Below are positions 23,074 through 29,402 of a stretch of 40,848 nucleotides of DNA, piece after piece (positions within the stretch are counted from its first letter, which is position 1; each line of letters starts with the position of its first letter). Under the pieces are notes generated by a model. The model made no database searches and was not told the DNA's origin. It worked only from the letters and a program-made list of their open reading frames with translations. The translations under genes and the position numbers were made by a program. This DNA is from a virus, in the IMG/VR virus record IMGVR_UViG_3300043609_000024; one strand, given 5' to 3'.

Positions 23074-23094
23074 TGCTTTTCTGCGTGATACAAC
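23067..23094 (+). promoter_or_regulatory. Sigma70-like promoter candidate for the plus-strand replication/recombination block
   Basis: TTGACA (23067-23072), a 16-nt spacer, then TACAAC (23089-23094). Its -35 element overlaps the divergent promoter's -35. Confidence 0.4.
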
Positions 23095-23123
23095 TCCCAT
23101 ACACCGACAAAAGGAACACCGTG

Positions 23124-23411
23124 ATGGCCGCCAAGAAAACTCAAGTCGAACGACCCAACATCCACCCCGCCGACGAACTCGCCGCCACCCGCGAAGAGAT
23201 CAAGATCATGCAGGGCCGCGCCGACGAACTGCGCGACATGCTCTTGGCTGAAGGCGCAAGCCTCGAAGGCGACCAGCACACCGCCGTAATCATTCCCGGT
23301 AGCCGCGAGACGCTGGATCGTAAAGCCCTTGAAGAAACCTTCGGTGCCGATGTGATCGCGCCGTTCCTCAAGAAGACCCACTTTAAGACCGTCAAGCTAC
23401 AGGAGAAATGA
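23124..23411 (+). CDS. Hypothetical protein (95 aa)
   Basis: ATG at 23124 is preceded by AAAGGAA with an 8-nt spacer. It is the first gene of the block. Confidence 0.6.
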   Translation: MAAKKTQVERPNIHPADELAATREEIKIMQGRADELRDMLLAEGASLEGDQHTAVIIPGSRETLDRKALEETFGADVIAPFLKKTHFKTVKLQEK

Positions 23412-23412
23412 A

Positions 23413-23721
23413 ATGCCGAAGCGTGAGCGTATCCTCTTCGCCCCGTCCGCCCCGGTGTGGAAGGTGCGGGACATCATCGAGAAACTCGGCGGCGTCGGGC
23501 CCCTGACGGACAAGCTGATGGCGCGCGGGTTCTTCCCGCCGGGCGTGGACACCATTCAGGGCTGGTCCACCCGGAACTCGATCCCCGGGGCTTGGGCCCC
23601 GGCGCTGTTCGCGCTGGCGCAGGCGGAGGGGCTTATCGAAACGCCGATGGACGCCCTCGTCCGCGATTTCAAGCTCGACCCGAAAAAAGGCCGTGCCCGC
23701 AGGATGATCGAAAATGGATAG
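23413..23721 (+). CDS. Hypothetical protein, possible Cro/YdaS-like DNA-binding protein (102 aa)
   Basis: AGGAG lies 8 nt upstream of the start. The segment LGGVGPLTDKLMARGFFPPGVDTIQGWSTRNSIPGAWAPALFALAQ loosely resembles YdaS/Cro-type HTH proteins. The functional call is weak. Confidence 0.5.
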   Translation: MPKRERILFAPSAPVWKVRDIIEKLGGVGPLTDKLMARGFFPPGVDTIQGWSTRNSIPGAWAPALFALAQAEGLIETPMDALVRDFKLDPKKGRARRMIENG

Positions 23722-23815
23722 CATCGACGTTATCGCCGTCCTCGCCGCCGCGATCACCGTGGCGCTCGTGGTGTCGCTGTACGCGCTGCTGATCGCCGAA
23801 TGGCGGGCCCTATGA
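23714..23815 (+). CDS. 33-aa single-pass membrane peptide (absent from the ORF track, which appears to list only ORFs of about 60 aa or more)
   Basis: Translation is MDSIDVIAVLAAAITVALVVSLYALLIAEWRAL. Its stop overlaps the RuvC ATG as ATGA, and its start overlaps the upstream gene by 8 nt. Confidence 0.5.
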   Translation: MDSIDVIAVLAAAITVALVVSLYALLIAEWRAL

Positions 23816-24306
23816 TTTTCGCCGCCATCGACCCCGGGGCTGTCCATGCCGCCATCGCCGTGTTCCACGATCACACGCCCGTGTTCGTGGACGACATCCG
23901 CACCGTCAACGGTATGCTGGATGCCGTCGCGTTCGCGCACGCCCTGCAGGACATGAAGGTGGAGAGGATGGTCGTCGAGAACGTCCACGCCATGCCGCTT
24001 CAGGGCCTCTCCAGCACGTTCAAGTTCGGGATGGGCGTCGGCATCATCCACGGCGTCGCCGGGGCCCTGAGGCTCCCGCTGACGCTCGTGACGCCCTCCC
24101 AGTGGAAGGCCCACCACGGGCTTGGCCGGGACAAGGAACCCGGCCGGGCCCTCGCCATCCGGAAGTGGCCGGAACACAACCGGCACCTCGACCGCAAGAA
24201 AGACGCCGATAGAGCAGAGGCTTTGCTGATCGGTGACTGGTACTACGTCAAGTGCATCATCCCTCGCACCGCTGGCGGAGCCAGCGAACCGGAGGTATTC
24301 GCGTGA
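23812..24306 (+). CDS. ruvC: RuvC-like Holliday junction resolvase
   Basis: MIFAAIDPG..., ...VVENVH..., ...KKDADRAEALLIG. The acidic residues sit in typical RuvC positions. The ATG at 23812 is preferred over 23800. Confidence 0.75.
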   Translation: MIFAAIDPGAVHAAIAVFHDHTPVFVDDIRTVNGMLDAVAFAHALQDMKVERMVVENVHAMPLQGLSSTFKFGMGVGIIHGVAGALRLPLTLVTPSQWKAHHGLGRDKEPGRALAIRKWPEHNRHLDRKKDADRAEALLIGDWYYVKCIIPRTAGGASEPEVFA

Positions 24307-24773
24307 AGGCCCCCCGACACTGGAAGCCGCTGACCGAAATCGGTCCCGAGGATTTCGAGCCGATGAACCCCAAACTGATCACCGAGGTCATGGCTCACTA
24401 TGGCTATGACGAAGCTACGGCCCGGGCCTTTTTGCAGGATTATAATGATCGCTGCCGGTTCTACGCCAACGACATCTACCAGATCGCCGTCGAGGAGTAC
24501 CACCCCGGCTGCCTCCATTTGAACATCCGCCGCCGCGACGGCGGGATGGTCAAGGACTGGCGGCACTTCCAGCAGATCAAGAACGAGATCGCGGGTCCTG
24601 AGCGCGAGGCCGTGGAACTCTATCCGGCCGAAAGCCGCAAGGTGGACACCACCAACAAGTGGCACCTGTGGGTCCAGCCCGAAGGCGTGCAGGTCAACGT
24701 CGGCTGGTCGCAGCGCGACGTGAGCTATGACGAACACCGTGATGTCCCCGGAATGCGCCAGAGGCCCCTATGA
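24303..24773 (+). CDS. Conserved-looking phage protein of unknown function (156 aa)
   Basis: GTGA overlap with ruvC and ATGA overlap with the helicase gene. Core sequence: HLNIRRRDGGMVKDWRHFQQIKNEIAGPEREAVELYPAESRKVDTTNKWHLW. Confidence 0.65.
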   Translation: MKAPRHWKPLTEIGPEDFEPMNPKLITEVMAHYGYDEATARAFLQDYNDRCRFYANDIYQIAVEEYHPGCLHLNIRRRDGGMVKDWRHFQQIKNEIAGPEREAVELYPAESRKVDTTNKWHLWVQPEGVQVNVGWSQRDVSYDEHRDVPGMRQRPL

Positions 24774-26131
24774 GCAAGCCCCTCTTCCCCCACCAGCACA
24801 CCGGAGCCATGCGGATCGCGGAGAAAATCCCGACCTATCTTGGGCTCGACATGGGTATCGGCAAGACCCGCACGTTTATCGAAGCCGTCTTGATCCGCCG
24901 CGCCAAGCGCGTCCTGATACTCTGTCCCGCCAGCGCCAAGCTGGTCTGGAAACGCGAAATAGGTCTCTGGGCCCCGGGCTACACCTTCGTCATCGTCAAC
25001 TCGGCCGCCGACCTCAAGAAGCCCGCGCACTTCTTCATCGTGAGCCACGGCCTCATGTCCCAAGCCAACGGCGCGATCCCGGCGGCGCTGGCGCTGGGGG
25101 CCTCCTTTGACATGACCGCCATCGACGAGGCTCAGGCCTTCAACGCGCCTTCCAACAACCGGGTGAATGCCCTGCGGCGCGCGGCCCCGAGGCTGGGCGA
25201 CATCACCCCCCTCAGCGGCACCCCCATGAAGAACCACGCGGGAGAACTCTACACGCTGCTGTCGATCTGCTGGCCGAAGGGCATCAACATGCCCCGGCAC
25301 GAGTACGAGGAGAAGTTCTGCAAGGTGACGCACCGCTCGTTTGGCGGGGGCCCGATGGTCCGGATCATCGAGGGGTCCAAGAACCTCGACGTCCTCAAGA
25401 AACTGATCGCGCCGTTCATGATGCGTGTCCGCAAGGATGAGGTTTTCAAGGACTTGCCGCCGATCCTGTGGGACCAGATACCCGTGCCGTTGGACGCCGG
25501 GCACCTGTCCGTGATGGACCTCGAACGGCTGAACAGTGCCGTCACCCGGCAAAGCGCGACGGGCACGCCCGAAGAGGATTTGACCGATGCCCTGCGCCGG
25601 GTCGCTTCCGACGCTTCGCTGATGACGCTGCGCCGGATGCTGGGGCTCGCGAAGCTCAGGGGCGCAACCGACTACATCATCGACATGCTCGAAAATCTCC
25701 CCGAGGATCGCAAGGTGCTGGTGTTCGCGCACCACCTCGATGTGATTACCGCCCTGAAGAACCAGCTTGGGGAATACGCCCCTGCGGTCCTCACCGGCCA
25801 GTCTACCCCGCGAGAGCGCGAAGAAGCCGTCGATAAGTTCCTGAGCGATCCACGGTGCCGCGTGTTCGTCGGCAACATTCAGGCGGCCGGAACCGCGATC
25901 ACTCTCGTGGGGCCCAAATGCAAATGCTCCGATGTCGTGTTTGTGGAGAGTAGCTGGACCCCGATGGACAACGCGCAAGCCGCGTGTCGCGTGCACCGGA
26001 TCGGCCAGAAGGACGGAGTAGTGGCCCGCATGCTTTCCGCCAGCGGGACCATCGACGACCTCATCAACGGGCTTCTCGTCCGCAAGGCCCGGGACTTCAC
26101 CCAACTGTTCGACGAAGGAAAAACAGCGTGA
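24770..26131 (+). CDS. SNF2/DEAD-like helicase (453 aa)
   Basis: Motif I is LDMGIGKT, motif II is IDEAQAF, and motif VI is QAACRVHRIGQ. Confidence 0.85.
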   Translation: MSKPLFPHQHTGAMRIAEKIPTYLGLDMGIGKTRTFIEAVLIRRAKRVLILCPASAKLVWKREIGLWAPGYTFVIVNSAADLKKPAHFFIVSHGLMSQANGAIPAALALGASFDMTAIDEAQAFNAPSNNRVNALRRAAPRLGDITPLSGTPMKNHAGELYTLLSICWPKGINMPRHEYEEKFCKVTHRSFGGGPMVRIIEGSKNLDVLKKLIAPFMMRVRKDEVFKDLPPILWDQIPVPLDAGHLSVMDLERLNSAVTRQSATGTPEEDLTDALRRVASDASLMTLRRMLGLAKLRGATDYIIDMLENLPEDRKVLVFAHHLDVITALKNQLGEYAPAVLTGQSTPREREEAVDKFLSDPRCRVFVGNIQAAGTAITLVGPKCKCSDVVFVESSWTPMDNAQAACRVHRIGQKDGVVARMLSASGTIDDLINGLLVRKARDFTQLFDEGKTA

Positions 26132-26385
26132 AAGACCCTAGCATCCGAAATCCAAAGCACGTCACCATCAAGGTGACGGACAGCGAACTTCGCTGCTATT
26201 TCGTCCACTTCGACCGCGCCACCCGCGACGTGGTCGAGGTGGCAGAGTACAAGGTCGTCTATCGCCCGTGGATGAGCGCCATGCCCCGCAGCGTCAAGAA
26301 CGCCATCGACGCCGCCAAGACCAAGATCACCGAAACTATCCTCGCAACTGAAACCAAGGAGACGACCAGTGAAACTGAGCTTTGA
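26128..26385 (+). CDS. Hypothetical protein (85 aa)
   Basis: GTG start overlaps the helicase stop (GTGA). GAAGGA lies 8 nt upstream. Confidence 0.55.
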   Translation: MKDPSIRNPKHVTIKVTDSELRCYFVHFDRATRDVVEVAEYKVVYRPWMSAMPRSVKNAIDAAKTKITETILATETKETTSETEL

Positions 26386-26944
26386 AGGCCCGAACTTCCA
26401 CAGCATTCTTGTCCAAATTCGAGGGCTACTTGCTGCGGCAGATCACCCCGTGCCGCACGCAGCCCCCTCCGACGAGGCTCAGGGCCCGGGCCCTGACCCG
26501 TTCGACAGTGGCGAAACATTTATCTCACCACCGGGGGATAACCCTGTGGGCAAGCCTGTGGAGAAACCCCGCACCGAAAAGCAGAAGGCGAACGACGAGC
26601 GCCTGCGGCAAGCGGCGTTAGCCAAGGCTGCTGCCGCCAAGAAAGCCGCTCCGCCGCCGCCTGTGGATGAACCCGAGGAAGAGGATCAAGACGAGGCTCC
26701 GCCCCCGCCGCCCAAGGCCGTCAAGGCCCCCAAGGCGGCCAAGGCAGCACCCTCACCCGAGGAAATCGTGAAGCTGCGTCAAAGCACGATCTCGGACCTC
26801 CAGACCGCTTACGCCAACGGCAAGCAGGCGGAAGTGTTCGAGCTACTCTCTCGCTTCGGCAACGGCGCGAAGAGCTTCCGCGAGTTGCCGCCTGACGCCT
26901 TCGTGCCGATCCGCGACGCCATCGACAAAGGGGCCCTGACGTGA
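26369..26944 (+). CDS. Hypothetical protein with an A/K/P/E-rich central linker (191 aa)
   Basis: GTG start with AAGGAG 7 nt upstream. Low-complexity segment: AKAAAAKKAAPPPPVDEPEEEDQDEAPPPPPKAVKAPKAAKAAP. Confidence 0.6.
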   Translation: MKLSFEGPNFHSILVQIRGLLAAADHPVPHAAPSDEAQGPGPDPFDSGETFISPPGDNPVGKPVEKPRTEKQKANDERLRQAALAKAAAAKKAAPPPPVDEPEEEDQDEAPPPPPKAVKAPKAAKAAPSPEEIVKLRQSTISDLQTAYANGKQAEVFELLSRFGNGAKSFRELPPDAFVPIRDAIDKGALT

Positions 26945-27330
26945 AGCGTCTCTTCCTCCTGCTCGCACTGATCCCTGCCGCTTCGGCGGCAGGGGACCTT
27001 GCCCCGGAGCCCTCCGAACAGGCTAAGGTCGAGGCCCTGAAACTCGGCTACATGCTGAACGACAACTCGATGGCGCGGGACATCAGTCTTGGCTCTATCG
27101 ACGTATCCGGCGTATCCAGCCGCAACCTGACCCCGCCGCCGCCCGGCGTGATCAGAACCATTCCGATCACGCCCGGCAAGACCGAAAAGCCGGTGACGAT
27201 GCCGGAAGCGGCCGAGGCGAAGCCCGAGAAGAAAGTTCAGTCGGCGTCGGCGACGCCGGTCGCCGACATCTGCGCCCGTCATGGCAAGCGGCGCATTGTC
27301 CGGGGCTCGTCATGGCGGTGCAGCCGATGA
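26941..27330 (+). CDS. Secreted/periplasmic protein with signal peptide (129 aa)
   Basis: GTGA overlap start. The N-terminus MKRLFLLLALIPAASAAGD is a classic signal peptide with an A-x-A-like cleavage site. Confidence 0.6.
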   Translation: MKRLFLLLALIPAASAAGDLAPEPSEQAKVEALKLGYMLNDNSMARDISLGSIDVSGVSSRNLTPPPPGVIRTIPITPGKTEKPVTMPEAAEAKPEKKVQSASATPVADICARHGKRRIVRGSSWRCSR

Positions 27331-28064
27331 GCGCGCACGCCGCCTGCTCGCCTTCTTCGGCCGCGATGTGGATGGCGTGCCCCGCCAGCGTCACCAAGAC
27401 GAAGGGCATGACGCGCCCTTCGTCGAAGTTCGCGAAAGAAGGTACCGCCGCGCACACCGTCGCAGAGCTTACGCTCAACGGCGATATCTTCCTGCCCGAC
27501 AAGATCACCGTCGAGGGCGACGAGTTCATCGTGTCGCCCGGCATGGCCCGGGCCATCAATCCCTACGTCACCCACGTCCAGAGCCTCAGGGCCCGGTGGG
27601 GCGTCGAGGTCGTTCTTGAGAAGCGCCTCGTCGTGCCGAGGACCGACGGCATGGTCTGGGGCACGCTCGACTGCGGCGTCTACGACCGGCTGGCGGATGA
27701 GATCCACGTCGTGGACCTCAAGTTTGGCAAGGGCGTCACGGTGGGTCCCGATGGCCCGCAACTGAAATTCTATGCGCTGGCGTTCGCGCACCACGTCGAG
27801 GGCCCGACAGCAGGCACCAAGGTCACGCTGACCATCTGCCAGCCCCGCATCGAGGGCCCGCCGCTGCGCTCGCACGACACGACGCTGGGAGCCCTGCGGA
27901 AGTGGCGCGACACCGAGGTGCGGCCCGTCGTGGCCCGGATCAAGGGCGGCGACCCGACCGAGAACGCGGGCGCGCATTGCCGCTGGTGCGTCCGCAAGAC
28001 CGAGTGCGACGCCTTCAACGGCAAGCATCAAAAACATGCCGCCGCCGTGTTTGATGACGCTTGA
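27327..28064 (+). CDS. PD-(D/E)XK (Cas4/DUF2800-like) nuclease with Cys cluster
   Basis: MSAHAACSPSSAAMWMACPAS..., ...DCGVY...VVDLKFGKG..., and C-terminal HCRWCVRKTEC. ATGA overlap with the upstream gene. Confidence 0.75.
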   Translation: MSAHAACSPSSAAMWMACPASVTKTKGMTRPSSKFAKEGTAAHTVAELTLNGDIFLPDKITVEGDEFIVSPGMARAINPYVTHVQSLRARWGVEVVLEKRLVVPRTDGMVWGTLDCGVYDRLADEIHVVDLKFGKGVTVGPDGPQLKFYALAFAHHVEGPTAGTKVTLTICQPRIEGPPLRSHDTTLGALRKWRDTEVRPVVARIKGGDPTENAGAHCRWCVRKTECDAFNGKHQKHAAAVFDDA

Positions 28065-28090
28065 CAGAGGAGTTAGAAAAGACGTATTGT
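28061..28090 (+). promoter_or_regulatory. Sigma70-like promoter candidate upstream of the SSB gene
   Basis: TTGACA (28061-28066), an 18-nt spacer, then TATTGT (28085-28090). The architecture matches the terS promoter candidate. Confidence 0.4.
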
Positions 28091-28126
28091 ATCCCTGTTA
28101 CCAGATTTGAAAAAGGAACCAAACTC

Positions 28127-28669
28127 ATGACTGCCATCAATACCCCCTACGCCACGCTTTCGTTCGCGAACGTCTTCACCCCGAGACCTCGCGCAGAAGG
28201 CGGCGATCCCGTTTACTCCTGCTCGCTGATCTTCGATCCGGCACAGCAGAAGTCCCCCGCCTACAAGGCCATGCAGGACGCCTGCATCGCGGCGGCCCGC
28301 AAGGAGTGGGGCGACAACGTCCAACTCAAGACCATCAAGATGCCGTTCCGCGACGCGGGTGAGAAGGCCTATGACGGCTACCACGCCGGTCACACCTACA
28401 TTTCGCCGTGGTCGAAGAACAAGCCGGGCATTGTTGACACCAACCGGCAGGACATCCTGTTGCCGGAACAGGTCTGGTCGGGCCAGCTTGTGCGCGCCAA
28501 CGTGGTCCCGTTCGCGTGGACCCACACCGGCAGGAAGGGCGTTTCCTTCGGCCTCAACCACCTTCAGGTGATCCAGTCCGAGGGCCGCCAGCGGCTCGAC
28601 GGTCGCCCCGCAGCCTCGTCCGCCTTCGATGACGGCACAGTCGAGGAAAAAGAGGATATGCCCTTCTGA
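28127..28669 (+). CDS. DUF2815-type single-stranded DNA-binding protein (180 aa)
   Basis: AAGGAA lies 8 nt before the ATG at 28127. The acidic C-terminal tip is EEKEDMPF, like SSB tails (D-D-D-I-P-F). It is the usual partner of DUF2800 nucleases in phage replication modules. Confidence 0.7.
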   Translation: MTAINTPYATLSFANVFTPRPRAEGGDPVYSCSLIFDPAQQKSPAYKAMQDACIAAARKEWGDNVQLKTIKMPFRDAGEKAYDGYHAGHTYISPWSKNKPGIVDTNRQDILLPEQVWSGQLVRANVVPFAWTHTGRKGVSFGLNHLQVIQSEGRQRLDGRPAASSAFDDGTVEEKEDMPF

Positions 28670-29031
28670 TGTCGAACATTCCCGAAAGGCCCCACCCGGG
28701 TGAACTGCTCTCCCTCGCGTTCGAGGTTATCAACGCGAGGGGAAGCGACTACGACAACGTCAGCGATATCGAGCAAAACTTCAGGGAGGCTGCCGCCGTG
28801 GCGTCTGTTGTTATCGGAAAGCCCTTGACCCCGCGCGACGTCGCGATGGTCTTGGCCGTCGTCAAACTGATACGGTCCAAAAGCAGCCCGGAGAAGATCG
28901 ACAACTACGTTGACGGAATGAACTATCTGGCGTTCGCGGCTTGTTTCCAAGGGCTCGTGCCGATGCCGCCTCTCGGGGCCCGGGCCCCGGTCAAGCAGAC
29001 GGTGGTCCCGCTCAAGGAAGTCGCCGAATGA
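28669..29031 (+). CDS. DUF6378-like conserved phage protein (120 aa)
   Basis: The pattern RGSDYDN...F...A......G..LTPRDVAMVLAVVKLIRSK......D...DGMNYLAFAA matches my recollection of that family. TGATG coupling to the upstream gene. Confidence 0.6.
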   Translation: MSNIPERPHPGELLSLAFEVINARGSDYDNVSDIEQNFREAAAVASVVIGKPLTPRDVAMVLAVVKLIRSKSSPEKIDNYVDGMNYLAFAACFQGLVPMPPLGARAPVKQTVVPLKEVAE

Positions 29032-29402
29032 AAGCCCTCGTGATCGTCGCGGCCCTGCTGGTTTCAGCAGGGCCGTCTTTCGCTGAAGCCAAGCACACCG
29101 CTACGGCAGCGCAGTGGAAAGACATCCGCAAGCTCCAACAAGTATTCGGGCAGTGTGGCGGTCGGACTAACCCCGAAATGCTGGAGAAAGACTTGAACAT
29201 CAGGAAAGCCTGCGCCCTTTCCGGCAGGCTGCAAGACAAGTTGATCGCGCAAGGGTTCTGTTTTTACGGGCGTATCGATGCTGGCAAGCCCGGCAAGCTG
29301 TGGACCCAGAAACAATGGGAACAGGCGACCGAGGGCACTACCCCCGTGCCGAAAAACCATCGGAGTTGCGAGCCTCTGAGTAATCCGCCCCGATGGTTTT
29401 AA
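29028..29402 (+). CDS. Secreted Cys-containing protein with signal peptide (124 aa)
   Basis: ATGA overlap start with AAGGAAG 7 nt upstream. The N-terminus is MKALVIVAALLVSAGPSFAEA. The mature part has four Cys residues. Confidence 0.6.
   Translation: MKALVIVAALLVSAGPSFAEAKHTATAAQWKDIRKLQQVFGQCGGRTNPEMLEKDLNIRKACALSGRLQDKLIAQGFCFYGRIDAGKPGKLWTQKQWEQATEGTTPVPKNHRSCEPLSNPPRWF

Noticed and set aside
24725-26104. 459-aa ORF antisense to the SNF2 helicase gene
   Set aside because: It is antisense to a gene with unambiguous helicase motifs and has an R/G/H/V-rich, low-information sequence. The same reasoning applies to other long antisense or off-frame ORFs, for example 469..1650, 2135..2950, 9983..10942, 11181..11909, 27279..28037, 32314..32979 and 35045..36274.
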